Assembly: GCA_045538895.1 (NCBI GenBank)
Contig: JAZQEH010000089.1
Coordinates: 253-64,252, forward strand
Reading direction: 5' to 3'
Length of the DNA: 64,000 nucleotides
Source of the DNA: Eubacteriales bacterium
GTDB taxonomy: Bacteria; Bacillota; Clostridia; Oscillospirales; CAG-272
Both the position numbers and the translations under genes were made by a program. The notes below the pieces were generated by a model that saw only the letters and a list, made by a program, of their open reading frames with translations, had not been told where the DNA came from and ran no database searches. Each line of letters begins with the position of its first letter. Position 1 is the stretch's first letter. Below are positions 25,910-36,260 of this stretch, piece by piece.

Positions 25910-28900
25910 CTATTTTACAATCATTTTCATGATTTTCAGTACGTCGAGCAGGTCGATTTTGCCATCGCCGTTTGCATCTCCAACGGTTGCTTTGCCGTTA
26001 ACGATATTACGCAAAAGCAGTATTGCATCGTAAAATCTGACCATATTATCGCCGTCTATGTCACCGACCGGAGTTTCAGCAAAAGAAAGCTTTATACAGT
26101 CGAGTCTTGCGAATGATTCTTCAGCCTCGTCGTTATACATGAGAGTCACTGTATTTTTGCCGCTTAAGAGAGGGATGCGGACAGTCTGCTTTTCCCAATT
26201 TACCCAACCGCTCAAGGTTTCATATGCCACGGTTGTCACATAGTTGCCGTTTACATAGATCTTGTTTGATGCATTGGGATATGCGCTGTCACCCGAATAG
26301 GTGATCTCCATATCATAATAACCGCTCTTTGCTACGTTTACGTCCATCTGCACGCCGGAGGTCGCATCGTCAATTGCGTGAACAAATCCGTTTGCACTTG
26401 ACAACGGTTCGGAAATCTTAAAGCGTTTCTTCGCAATACCCAGAGTAGTACCGTTTTCAGCCTCGTAAATCTTGGGGAGAACCGTATTGGTACTTGCGAT
26501 TTCACCGTCGAGTCGCCACTCAACGATACCGGGCTGTGCTACGGAAGAAGTCATCTTTGCATTTTTCGGGAGAAGACGAATCTTTGTAGTGGTAATTTCG
26601 TCAAAGCCGTAGTAGCTTTCGCCGTTGATATTATGATTTGTAGTGGTCCAACCCTTGTTTATCTTGAAAGTGTCAGTACCGGTAAGATTTTCAACGTCCT
26701 GCCATACGGTGCCGTTCCAATATACGATATAAAGGTTATCCGGTACCTGAACTCCGCCGCCGTCATGATACCACGTTATCCATGCGCCACGGAGAGTTAC
26801 TTCACCGTCAAAGGCGTACTCGATATAGTTTTCGGTAGTGGGCGAGCCGTATGCAGTCCAACGGGTGGAAGCAAGGAAGGAGCCGTCATTAAGTGCGCTT
26901 AATGTGTCTGTAGAGCATGTATGTGAAGCACTTGGTGTTGCATACTGTTCAAGAGGCTTATCAAACGCCCCATTTGACGATTCGTTAAGGAACAGAGTCA
27001 TGTCCGAGTATCCTCGGTTGTCCCATACGTAGTAAGGAATGAGAGTAACGCTTGCCTCTTGCTCACCGCCGAAAACCGTGTTGTATTTAGCGTTGTAGCT
27101 TATCGTGCGGATATTTTCAACGTTGTACTTGTCTTCGCTTTCACGGCCCGGAAGCTTTGTCATTTCGCTGACGGTAAGCTCTGCATCAACGGGAAGAACC
27201 ACAGAGAAAACGTCTGTATTGTTGTCGGGGGATTCGGCGCAGTAAATAATCGGACCGCGGCGAACCGAAACAAGACTTGCGTTTGCGGTAATCTTTTCAT
27301 CGGTGTAGATGCGTTCTGCTTCCATGGGGAAGTTAAGCTCAACTTTATCGCCGACCGCCCATACACGGTTGATTTCAAGATAGCCGTTTTCATCTGTAAC
27401 AATCGGAACGTTCTCGCCGTTGAGGGTTACGGTGTTACTGTACTTTGCCCACTCGGGGATGCGGAAGCGTACGGTAAATGCTTTGTCGGCGGTTTCGTTT
27501 ACGGTGAAGGTTGCTTCACCGTCCCAGGGGAATGAACCTGTCATGGAAACGTTAACAACGTCGTTACCGACAGCCATTTCTGCGGTGTTGCCGATGTACT
27601 GGTTAACCGTGATATTTCCGTCTTCGTCCTGCGTGTAGATATAGCCGCCGATAGAAGCAACCGTACGGAGGAGATTGGGAGGGCAACATGCAGTACCAAA
27701 CCACTTGGAACGTGTAAAGTCGCTCTTGCTTGTAACGTGATTCTGATAGAAGAAGCGGTCGCCGTCAAGGTTTACGCATGACATAACCGAATTGTAAAGA
27801 GTCCACTCCAAAAGGTCTATGTACTTTGTATCACCGTACAAAAGATTCATGCGCTGATTCCACATCATGTTGGAAATCTGTGCACACGTTTCACAGTAAG
27901 CTCCGTCATTGGGAAGTGCGTATGACTGGCTGTATGATTCGCCCGAGGGAATACCGATACCGCCATGCACGTACATCTTTGTGAGCATGTCGCTCCAGAT
28001 GGATTTGAGTGCGGTGTCATAGGGGTTTTCGCCGCCGTTTGCAATTTCAAGGAGTGCCACGTCAGCCATTGCGGTGTACATATAGTTTGCACGTACACAG
28101 TGACCGTGTGCGGTAGTCTGCTCGGCTATAGGAGCATCATTCTGGTAGTAAATGCCGTTGCTGCCGAGCGGTTTGTGGTACTCGCTGTTTTTGCCTCTTT
28201 CGTCAAGGAAGAATTTTGCAACAGAGATATAACTGTCTGCTTTTTCCGCATAGTTTATGCCGTTCAGAGTGCCAATTTCGCTGCAGAGATTTGCAAGCTT
28301 TACAAGTGCAAGCTCTATCTCCTGATGTCCCGGAACAACGTATGCCTGACCGGCACCGGTGCCACAGGTGCGTGCAACCAAATCTGCATTCTTCACAGCA
28401 ACGTCAAGAAGTCTTGTATCGCCGGTTGCTCTGTAATGTGCAACCGCCGCTTCGTAGAAGTGACCTGCACAGTAGAGTTCATGGTTATCCATGTTTACAC
28501 GTTCTGCATATTCGGTTGTGCCAACGGTGTTATAGAGTGAACCGTCGGTGTGAACGGGCATATCGTCAGTACGTCCCGTGAAACGCATGTCAGCACTTCT
28601 TGTGGTGCCAACGTAGGTAAGAGTATACGGTGTATAGAGGTATCCGTCCGCCTCCTGCGAACCGACGATCCACGGTATCCACTTTTCAAGCTGTGCCTTG
28701 ATTGCCGCCTGACCTGCAAGCATTTCGTCATCGCCGTTTGCATCAAGCGTAAGTGCATAGCACATAGCCTCAATAACCTTGTAGTCGTCCGAGTCTACGT
28801 AAATTGCACCGCTGTGACCGGGGGCATCGGTGGTTGTATAATTGCCGCTCTTTGCAGCAAGATACTCGGATGCAAGACGGAAGTTTTCCATACCGCCTGT

Positions 28901-29986
28901 CTTTGTGCTGATGTTGGAAATCGCAACCGGAATAACCTGACATACAAACTGTTTTTGCAGATCGCTCCAATATGAATCCTCTACAATTACCTGAGAGAAA
29001 GGAACAGAGTGAACGTAATCTATAGAGGTCGGCACGTCAAGCACGGTTACGGTTGCTTTTGCGGTCATTTTTTCGGGGTTTGCATATGTACCTTCTGCAA
29101 GAGTACCCACAAACTCATATCTGCCCGCAACGTTTTCATTGTAGGTTTCGCACTCCCATTTTTCAACCGGTATACTGATATTTTCTACCCTTGTAACGCC
29201 AACCGACTTCAAATGCTCATCGGTGAGCTGGCTTATTGAAAAATTGTCAACGCTGAATGCCTGATTGTAAGCACGAAGACCAACGTTACCTGCCATATTG
29301 GAATTCTGCTGTCCGGTATAAACGGTTGTATAATCGGTTTCGCTTGCCTCTTTTATAAGCACGTAGTAGTTTTCTCCCCAGACGATTACACGGAGAGAAT
29401 ATGCTTTTCCTGTTTCAAACGAATGTGTGAAGGAGGAAACCTGATGCCACTTGCCGTCTGCATAGCCGATGGTAAAACCGGTTGAGGTGCCGAGTTTGCC
29501 GATACCTACGTAATAACCGTTGTAGGAGTCTGCACCTGCATTTGTTGCACCAGTATTACGGAAAATAAGACCTGCATTGGAGGTGATTTCACCATCAAGG
29601 GTGATTTCAAAATCAACAACGTAGTCGGTCATTGCTTCATCGCCTACAACCGCTTTTACGTTTGTTCCCTTAGCGAGCTGCATCTTACCGTCAACACCCG
29701 AAACAGAGTTTGAAAGTAGCTGCCAATCGCTTTCTATACCGCTATCAAACGTATAGCTTGCTTCGTCTACAGTATCAATAGGAGTCGGGTCAAGTATGGT
29801 AGCCGCCGCAGCTTTAGGGAGCGCGGCAACCGCTTCCGCTGCAGAAGTACCGTGCGGCACGGTTGCAACGTAGTTCTGCTCTACGCTGTAAAGCTCTTTG
29901 ACGCTTGCCGCCGACAGTCCCATGGTAAGACCGGGGCTTAACATACCCAAAGCCAGAAGCATGGATATAAGTCGTGTTTTTTTCAT
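25910..29986 (-). CDS. Secreted GH127-like beta-L-arabinofuranosidase with accessory beta-sandwich/CBM domains and C-terminal dockerin
   Basis: Signal peptide; DSDDYKVIEA, HELYCAGH, GHQEIELAL, GHCVRA, YCETCA, ACCPPN, RGPIIYCAE, LIPYY; CBM35/6-like YEAENG; GDIDGD/GDANGDG dockerin. Confidence 0.88.
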   Translation of the reverse strand: MKKTRLISMLLALGMLSPGLTMGLSAASVKELYSVEQNYVATVPHGTSAAEAVAALPKAAAATILDPTPIDTVDEASYTFDSGIESDWQLLSNSVSGVDGKMQLAKGTNVKAVVGDEAMTDYVVDFEITLDGEITSNAGLIFRNTGATNAGADSYNGYYVGIGKLGTSTGFTIGYADGKWHQVSSFTHSFETGKAYSLRVIVWGENYYVLIKEASETDYTTVYTGQQNSNMAGNVGLRAYNQAFSVDNFSISQLTDEHLKSVGVTRVENISIPVEKWECETYNENVAGRYEFVGTLAEGTYANPEKMTAKATVTVLDVPTSIDYVHSVPFSQVIVEDSYWSDLQKQFVCQVIPVAISNISTKTGGMENFRLASEYLAAKSGNYTTTDAPGHSGAIYVDSDDYKVIEAMCYALTLDANGDDEMLAGQAAIKAQLEKWIPWIVGSQEADGYLYTPYTLTYVGTTRSADMRFTGRTDDMPVHTDGSLYNTVGTTEYAERVNMDNHELYCAGHFYEAAVAHYRATGDTRLLDVAVKNADLVARTCGTGAGQAYVVPGHQEIELALVKLANLCSEIGTLNGINYAEKADSYISVAKFFLDERGKNSEYHKPLGSNGIYYQNDAPIAEQTTAHGHCVRANYMYTAMADVALLEIANGGENPYDTALKSIWSDMLTKMYVHGGIGIPSGESYSQSYALPNDGAYCETCAQISNMMWNQRMNLLYGDTKYIDLLEWTLYNSVMSCVNLDGDRFFYQNHVTSKSDFTRSKWFGTACCPPNLLRTVASIGGYIYTQDEDGNITVNQYIGNTAEMAVGNDVVNVSMTGSFPWDGEATFTVNETADKAFTVRFRIPEWAKYSNTVTLNGENVPIVTDENGYLEINRVWAVGDKVELNFPMEAERIYTDEKITANASLVSVRRGPIIYCAESPDNNTDVFSVVLPVDAELTVSEMTKLPGRESEDKYNVENIRTISYNAKYNTVFGGEQEASVTLIPYYVWDNRGYSDMTLFLNESSNGAFDKPLEQYATPSASHTCSTDTLSALNDGSFLASTRWTAYGSPTTENYIEYAFDGEVTLRGAWITWYHDGGGVQVPDNLYIVYWNGTVWQDVENLTGTDTFKINKGWTTTNHNINGESYYGFDEITTTKIRLLPKNAKMTSSVAQPGIVEWRLDGEIASTNTVLPKIYEAENGTTLGIAKKRFKISEPLSSANGFVHAIDDATSGVQMDVNVAKSGYYDMEITYSGDSAYPNASNKIYVNGNYVTTVAYETLSGWVNWEKQTVRIPLLSGKNTVTLMYNDEAEESFARLDCIKLSFAETPVGDIDGDNMVRFYDAILLLRNIVNGKATVGDANGDGKIDLLDVLKIMKMIVK

Positions 29987-30217
29987 AATTTATTCCTCCT
30001 GACATATTGTTTTTCAAAAATATCCATCACCGTGAAATGCGAAAATCCTATATTTTCCATTTTGGGATTTCTCACGTGTATGGGTTGAAATTAGGTACAT
30101 ATTGTTATATAATTTAATATATAAGTTGAGGATTTATGTAACTGTTCAATATAATTGTAGTATTTCAGCATACACGTTGCAATACCCAAATACCGATAAT
30201 TATGGAGAAAATCAGAC

Positions 30218-31036
30218 ATGTTGAAGCTTGATGATGCACAATTCTCGTTTCGTTCGATAGGCGAGCTTTCCACAACAGAGCCATATAGACATATGGAAAG
30301 AGTTATGAAAAGCTATGAAGTGATTTTTGTAACAAACGGCATCTTATACATGGAGGAAGACGGCATAAAGTATGAACTCTATCCTAATCAGATAATAGTG
30401 CTTGAACCCGACAAACTCCACCGTGGCTATAAGGTTTATGAGGGAGGTACCTCGTTTTATTGGATGCATTACACCACGGATTCGCTCCCGATACCGTTCA
30501 AAACCTACTTGGGAAACGAATATCACGAGGCAAAGCAGCTTTTAAAAAAGCTTTTGCATATCGCTTACACGCCCGCATATTCGGTTTATGCACGTGATGC
30601 CCTTGCACTCAGTATTTATGAGGAGCTGAAAAAAATCAGCATCCTCAGCGATTCGTTTAAGCCCGTAATCAAAAAAGCCATTGAGCATGTGAGAATAAAC
30701 ATTAAAGAAAAAGTAACCGTTGCATCTATTGCAAAGGAGCTTGGCTATAATCCCGATTATTTAAGCAAGGCATTCTGCAACGCCATGGGTATGACGCTTA
30801 AAAAATACATAACCGTAAGCAAGCTTAAAGCCGCAAAGGACTATCTGCATTCGTCCGAGCTTTCGGTTAAACAAATTGCATATGAGCTCGGCTTTGAAAA
30901 CGAAATGCTGTTTGTCAAATTCTTTTCGTATCATGAAAAGATGAGTCCTGCCGCATACAGGAACAAGTATTTTAACACCTATATAACCAAAGGAACGCCA
31001 AATGAAAGATTACATAAAACATCTGTACACAAGTGA
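30218..31036 (+). CDS. AraC family transcriptional regulator
   Basis: Cupin N-terminus; IAKELGYNPDYLS...LSVKQIAYELGF...F.K.F...SP..YR. Confidence 0.9.
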   Translation: MLKLDDAQFSFRSIGELSTTEPYRHMERVMKSYEVIFVTNGILYMEEDGIKYELYPNQIIVLEPDKLHRGYKVYEGGTSFYWMHYTTDSLPIPFKTYLGNEYHEAKQLLKKLLHIAYTPAYSVYARDALALSIYEELKKISILSDSFKPVIKKAIEHVRINIKEKVTVASIAKELGYNPDYLSKAFCNAMGMTLKKYITVSKLKAAKDYLHSSELSVKQIAYELGFENEMLFVKFFSYHEKMSPAAYRNKYFNTYITKGTPNERLHKTSVHK

Positions 31037-32684
31037 CGGTGAAAACCTCGGCATGCAGCCGTGGAACGTATACCCGCGTCCGCAAATGGTGCGTGACTCC
31101 TTTTTCTGCCTGAACGGCGAATGGGAGTTTTGCAGTAAAAAGACAAAAAAGAACAAAATAACCGTGCCGTTTGCGCCCGAATCGCTGCTATCGGGCATAG
31201 GTGAAAGCATGGGCAGACTCGCCGTGCTTGAATATGTAAAAAAATTCACTCTGCCAAGCGGCTTCAACCGCGGCAGAGTGCTGTTGCACTTTGGTGCCGT
31301 AAACTGCAGCATGAGCCTGCATTTCAACGGCAATGACCTCGGCGAACACTTCGGCGGCTACTCGCATCTTTGCTATGATGTAACCGAATATCTTGACGAG
31401 GAGAATACTATAGATATAATTGCCGTGAATTCGCTCTATGACACACGCTATCCGTACGGTAAGCAGAGTGCAAACCGTGGTGGTATGTGGTATACTCCCG
31501 CAAGCGGTATCTGGCAGACCGTTTGGCTTGAAAGCGTACCCGAAAAGTATATCGAAAGGCTTGAAATCGAGACGGGCAGCGACTTTGTAAATATCAAAGC
31601 TGTGGGAGTTACCGACGGTTTTGTGACGCTTGACAAAAAGGAATATCCGCTCGAAAGCGGAAGTGTGCACATAAGCATTGATGAGCCTGTTTTGTGGTCG
31701 CCCGAAAATCCGTATCTTTACCGCTTTAAGGTTACGGCAGGCGATGACACGGTTGAGTCATATTTTGCACTGCGTACGCTTGAAATAAAGGAAGTAGACG
31801 GTGTAAACCGTCTTTGTCTTAACGGTAAGCCGTACTTTTTCCACGGTGTGCTTGACCAAGGCTATTTTTCCGACGGCATTTTTACTCCTGCTACCGAAAA
31901 AGGCTATGAAAACGATATCCTTGCAATGAAACGGCTTGGCTTCAACACCCTCCGCAAGCACATCAAGGTCGAGCCGGAGCAGTTTTACTATGACTGTGAC
32001 CGCCTTGGTATGGTGGTTTTTCAGGACATGGTCAACAACGGAGACTATTCTTTTTTGCGTGATACTGCTTTGCCTACGCTTGGCTTCAAGAAACGCAACG
32101 ATAAAAAGATGCATAAGGATGAGCGTACACGCAAAAACTTTATATCCGCAATGGAGGAAACCGTCAAAGCACTCAAAAATCATCCGTGCATCTGCATGTG
32201 GACGGTATTCAACGAGGGATGGGGACAGTTCTGCGGCAGCGAAATGTATGCAAGACTTAAAGAGCTTGACTCCACAAGGTTTGTTGACACCGCTTCGGGA
32301 TGGTTTGAGGGGTGCGAAAGCGATATTGACAGTCCGCACGTCTACTTTAAGCCGTTCAAGGCGGATTTTGGCGATAAGCCCATGCTTCTCTCTGAGTTCG
32401 GCGGCTACGTATACAAGCTTCCCGAACATTCGTTCAATCTGAAAAAGACTTATGGATATAAGATTTTAAACACCGCAGAGGAGTTCAACATGGAGCTTGA
32501 AAAACTCTACCGTGAGGAGATTATTCCTGCCGCCAAAGCAGGGCTTTCGGGCGCAATCTATACTCAGCTTTCTGACGTAGAGGATGAAACCAACGGTCTT
32601 TTGACCTACGACCGCAAGGTATGCAAGGTTGATAAAGCCATGATGCTGAAAATAGCCGAAGAATTAAAAACCGCACAGCTGTAA
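31002..32684 (+). CDS. Glycoside hydrolase family 2
   Basis: YPRPQMVR, LHFGAV, SGIWQTVWLE, LWSPENPYLY, GFNTLRKHIK, VFNEGWG, LSEFGG. Confidence 0.92.
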   Translation: MKDYIKHLYTSDGENLGMQPWNVYPRPQMVRDSFFCLNGEWEFCSKKTKKNKITVPFAPESLLSGIGESMGRLAVLEYVKKFTLPSGFNRGRVLLHFGAVNCSMSLHFNGNDLGEHFGGYSHLCYDVTEYLDEENTIDIIAVNSLYDTRYPYGKQSANRGGMWYTPASGIWQTVWLESVPEKYIERLEIETGSDFVNIKAVGVTDGFVTLDKKEYPLESGSVHISIDEPVLWSPENPYLYRFKVTAGDDTVESYFALRTLEIKEVDGVNRLCLNGKPYFFHGVLDQGYFSDGIFTPATEKGYENDILAMKRLGFNTLRKHIKVEPEQFYYDCDRLGMVVFQDMVNNGDYSFLRDTALPTLGFKKRNDKKMHKDERTRKNFISAMEETVKALKNHPCICMWTVFNEGWGQFCGSEMYARLKELDSTRFVDTASGWFEGCESDIDSPHVYFKPFKADFGDKPMLLSEFGGYVYKLPEHSFNLKKTYGYKILNTAEEFNMELEKLYREEIIPAAKAGLSGAIYTQLSDVEDETNGLLTYDRKVCKVDKAMMLKIAEELKTAQL

Positions 32685-32840
32685 ATTATTGTTTAGGGGA
32701 GTAAAATGGAAACCACAAACCGGTAGGGCAGGGGCTTGCTCCTGCCGCATGTATAACATCTAATGACGGCTTGCGGCGGGAGATAAACCCCCGCCCTACA
32801 TTATTGCTCGTCGCTGTTACTCCCATAAACAATAATTTAC
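32681..32840. mobile_element. 160-bp MITE/REP-like element with 24-bp terminal inverted repeats and an internal GTAGGGC palindrome pair
   Basis: gtaaattattgtttaggggagtaa versus ttactcccataaacaataatttac (1 mismatch); internal gtagggcaggggctt... and ...cccccgccctac. Confidence 0.6.
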
Positions 32841-32886
32841 GTGACATCTTTATTAAAAAAGCGACGGCATTGCCGTCGCCTTTTGA

Positions 32887-33420
32887 TTAATAATTTTCTT
32901 TTCTTACTTCAAAATAGCTTTGAGGATGAGCGCAAACAGGGCATATCTGCGGAGCCTTTTTGCCCATTACGAGATGACCGCAGTTGCGGCATTCCCACAT
33001 GGTTTCTTCGCTCTTTTCAAATACCTTCTGCATTTCAACGTTGTTAAGAAGTGCACGGTATCTTTCCTCATGAGTTTTTTCGATTGCCGCAACAAGACGG
33101 AATTTTGCCGCAAGTGCGGTAAAGCCCTCTTCCTCTGCCTCTTTTGCAAAGGTTGCGTACATATCGGTCCACTCATAGTTCTCGCCCTCTGCTGCAGCGG
33201 CGAGGTTTTCTGCGGTGTTGCCGAGAGCGCCAAGCTCCTTGAACCACATTTTTGCGTGTTCCTTTTCATTGTCGGCGGTCTGCTGGAAGATAGCGGCTAT
33301 CTGTTCATAGCCTTCTTTTTTTGCAACGCTTGCAAAATAGGTGTACTTGTTTCTTGCCTGGCTTTCGCCTGCAAATGCGAGTAAAAGATTCTGTTCGGTC
33401 TTTGAGCCTTTAAGTTCCAT
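32887..33420 (-). CDS. rbr: Rubrerythrin
   Basis: [35 protein letters not shown]...CPVCAHP. Confidence 0.96.
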   Translation of the reverse strand: MELKGSKTEQNLLLAFAGESQARNKYTYFASVAKKEGYEQIAAIFQQTADNEKEHAKMWFKELGALGNTAENLAAAAEGENYEWTDMYATFAKEAEEEGFTALAAKFRLVAAIEKTHEERYRALLNNVEMQKVFEKSEETMWECRNCGHLVMGKKAPQICPVCAHPQSYFEVRKENY

Positions 33421-33507
33421 ATTAAATCTCCTTTTAAAAATAAGAATTATTCCTATCCATCTGTATTATACATATTATATTATAGCCTGTCAATAGTTTT
33501 TTTAAAA

Positions 33508-33987
33508 CTAATCAATAATATTTACAACAGGCACACCCATGGACATTGCATAATCAACGGTTTGCCGTGTACCGCTTTTGCCGTAGTTTGAAAGGAAACA
33601 AATGCAGACCGAGCTTGCATCTACCAATGCACGGTTGCGTTTTTGCATGCAACCCGTGTAATAGGCTTCGGCGGTATAGATGACCTCATCTGCTTTTGAA
33701 CGTATAACCTCATACACGTGTTTATCATAGTCGCTCCACTTGGAGGTCTGATCCTTGCAGGGGAGAATAAGCACAAGCTTAACGTCAAAGCCTCGTGTTT
33801 TCAGCGAGCAGATATACATTGCGGCAAAGGTGTCAAAGCCGAGAGCGCCTCCGCAGGCAAAGTATTTATATCCGTTTTTGATAAGCCGCATCACAAGCGG
33901 GTCGAGCTTTTCAAGCAAATCGTGATAGGAAAACGCAGATATATCTCTGTGTCCCGTAAAACAACAGGTATTACTCTTTTCTCTCAT
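33508..33987 (-). CDS. SLOG superfamily protein (YpsA/DUF1273-like)
   Basis: CCFTGHR, GGALGFD, RNRALVD, SGTRQTV. Confidence 0.85.
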   Translation of the reverse strand: MREKSNTCCFTGHRDISAFSYHDLLEKLDPLVMRLIKNGYKYFACGGALGFDTFAAMYICSLKTRGFDVKLVLILPCKDQTSKWSDYDKHVYEVIRSKADEVIYTAEAYYTGCMQKRNRALVDASSVCICFLSNYGKSGTRQTVDYAMSMGVPVVNIID

Positions 33988-34540
33988 CGTATATCCTCTT
34001 TGCCTTAAGCACGGCTACCTGTGTTTTTGCATCGGGAATCTCGCCGTTCATTACCATATCGCAAAGCGTATCAAGCGGGATACGCTCAACACACAGAAAC
34101 TCGTCTTCGTCAAGGTGCTGCTTTGAGTCCTTTGATACAAGACCTGTTGCAAGGTACATGTGAATAACCTCGTCAACAAATGCAGGCGTTGTATAAAGCT
34201 CACCGAGCAGAGTAAAGCTTTCGGCAGTATAGCCTGTTTCTTCAAAAAGCTCACGCTTTGCGGCGTCGAGCGGATTTTCGCTTTTAGAATCAAGTTTGCC
34301 TGCAGGGATTTCAAGCAAAACCTTTGCGTGGGGATAGCGGAACTGCCTTTCAACAAGCACGTCTCCGTTTTCAAAAACGGGAATAACGCATACTGCACCG
34401 ACGTGTCTTATGACCTCACGCACACCCTCATGGGAGTTCGGCAGTCTTACTTTGTCACGCTCAAGGTGAACCACGATACCGTCGAAAATACTCTCGCCGC
34501 TGATTTTTTCTTCTGTCAAATATGAGTAGTCCTTGTCCAT
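33971..34540 (-). CDS. NUDIX hydrolase (ADP-ribose pyrophosphatase NudF-like)
   Basis: ERQFRYP, EIPAGKLD...AAKRELFEETG Nudix box, LDEDEFL, IPDAKT. Confidence 0.9.
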   Translation of the reverse strand: MDKDYSYLTEEKISGESIFDGIVVHLERDKVRLPNSHEGVREVIRHVGAVCVIPVFENGDVLVERQFRYPHAKVLLEIPAGKLDSKSENPLDAAKRELFEETGYTAESFTLLGELYTTPAFVDEVIHMYLATGLVSKDSKQHLDEDEFLCVERIPLDTLCDMVMNGEIPDAKTQVAVLKAKRIYDERKE

Positions 34541-34612
34541 TGCTGACACGCACCTTTACAGTTATTGTAATAATTATACTCTTGTTTTATACGCTTTGCA
34601 AGATGTATTATG

Positions 34613-34834
34613 TCAGTTTTTGCGCTCGGAGTGGCGGAGTTCAATGTCGAGCAAAAGTCCGCCGCCGAGCGAAATTGCGGTTGCTGCAAGTGTGCTTTCC
34701 AAGAATTCGATAGCACGGAGCGGTGACGGTGCCGTAACCGTAAAATATGCGGATGCCGTGTATATAAATATAATGAAAAGACACAAAAAAACCAGGTTCT
34801 GCGCAGGCTTTTTAAGTTCGGGAATATGTTTCAT
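34613..34834 (-). CDS. Small hypothetical membrane protein
   Basis: Two hydrophobic segments; GGAG RBS. Confidence 0.5.
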   Translation of the reverse strand: MKHIPELKKPAQNLVFLCLFIIFIYTASAYFTVTAPSPLRAIEFLESTLAATAISLGGGLLLDIELRHSERKN

Positions 34835-35189
34835 TTTTTGCTCCTTGAATAATCATTATGAATTTATAAATCAACATGATTATATCACAGTTTATACCCG
34901 AAATCATATGTAGATTCTGTCGAAAAATGTAGATATATGAATATTTATAAACATAATGTAAAAATATGTCGGATATTGTAAAAATTAATATATGTAAATG
35001 AATTTTCCGTTTAAATATTGCTTCGGATATGCTCATTGACTGTGTTTGCTTGAAAAGCTTACGGCGGTGTTTATAAAAATGACGGTAAAAGGGATTGAAA
35101 ACCGCCGCTCATAATCTGATTTTTGTATTTTCTGAACATAAACAAACGCACGGATTTGTGAAAACAGCTGTATTTGTCCGTCATGCTTT

Positions 35190-35513
35190 GTGCAAGAGTA
35201 TTTGTATACTGTGCAAACATCGAATTGCGAAGAGGTGAGTTGTTTGAAGCACGGCGAAATCAATCCCCTTTTTCTCCCAACGGTAAAGAGAGTCGGTGAA
35301 GCCTTTGTGACGTATATGATTAAAAAAGGAAACCATACCTATACTCTTTTTGTCAGTTCAACCGAACCGTGTGAAGGGGAAGCTTATGCTGAGGACATTG
35401 CACAGGACCGTTCTACTGCCGAAAGAATAAAAAAGCTCCTTGCTGATAATCTGGTTTCTCCGTTGCATGTTTCTGATGTGCTGGAGGACCTGTTGGCACA
35501 GGGAGTTATATAA
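35190..35513 (+). CDS. Hypothetical protein (start uncertain)
   Basis: C-terminal DI...R..AE....LL.DNLVSPLHV.DVLED pattern typical of small clostridial proteins; followed by a terminator hairpin at 35532-35558. Confidence 0.55.
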   Translation: MQEYLYTVQTSNCEEVSCLKHGEINPLFLPTVKRVGEAFVTYMIKKGNHTYTLFVSSTEPCEGEAYAEDIAQDRSTAERIKKLLADNLVSPLHVSDVLEDLLAQGVI

Positions 35514-35629
35514 AGATTTTACATTTCGGCGAAAGACCATGCTGCGGCATGGTCTTTTTCCTTTTTTGAAGAAAAATGATATAGATATATATTATAGTTG
35601 CAAAAAATAACAGTATATGCCGGAAAATA

Positions 35630-35658
35630 TTGACTTTTTCAACAAAATGTGATATAAT
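35630..35658 (+). promoter_or_regulatory. Sigma-A promoter of the 35.7-56 kb cluster
   Basis: TTGACT-N17-TATAAT with extended TG. Confidence 0.7.
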
Positions 35659-35763
35659 GCAACATATTGAGGCTTGCGGTGACATTGCACAATATATGGT
35701 GTTTGTGTCATGCAATACGTACTAAATAAAATATTTATTAATATATAACCGAGGAGGGGTATT

Positions 35764-36246
35764 ATGGCAGTTGATGAAAAAAAGCTCGCTGAAGCGAAAG
35801 AAGTGTACAAAGCGCTTTGCCAGTTTCTTGACGAGGACGGCTGGAAGTACGATAAGAATGAGGAAGATCTGGTAATCACATCGGGTGCAAGCGGTGAGGA
35901 TCTGCCGATACAGTTTATGGTAAAGGTGGATGCTGAACGCGGTGTTATCAGAACTCTGTCACGCATGCCGCTTTCCGTTCCGGAAGATAAGCGACTTGAT
36001 ATGGCTATCGCAGTATCAATCATTAACAATAAGCTTATCGAGGGTTGCTTTGAGTTCAACATTGCAAACGAAAGTATAATTTTCTCTATGATAAACTGCT
36101 TTGCCGGTGCTACTCTCGGCAAGGGAGCATTTGCGCACATCATTATCCGCTTCTGCAAAACCGTGGATATGTATAACGACAAGTTGCTGATGCTCGCAAA
36201 GGGCTTGGTTACTTTAGAGCAGTTTATTGAAAGCGAAAATAAGTAA
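35764..36246 (+). CDS. YbjN / type III secretion chaperone-like protein 1
   Basis: GEDLPI...VPEDKR..MAIAVSIIN......G.F.F......I.F...VDMYND; GAGGAGG RBS; paralog of the next gene. Confidence 0.7.
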   Translation: MAVDEKKLAEAKEVYKALCQFLDEDGWKYDKNEEDLVITSGASGEDLPIQFMVKVDAERGVIRTLSRMPLSVPEDKRLDMAIAVSIINNKLIEGCFEFNIANESIIFSMINCFAGATLGKGAFAHIIIRFCKTVDMYNDKLLMLAKGLVTLEQFIESENK

Positions 36247-36260
36247 GGAGGGCATAAAAG

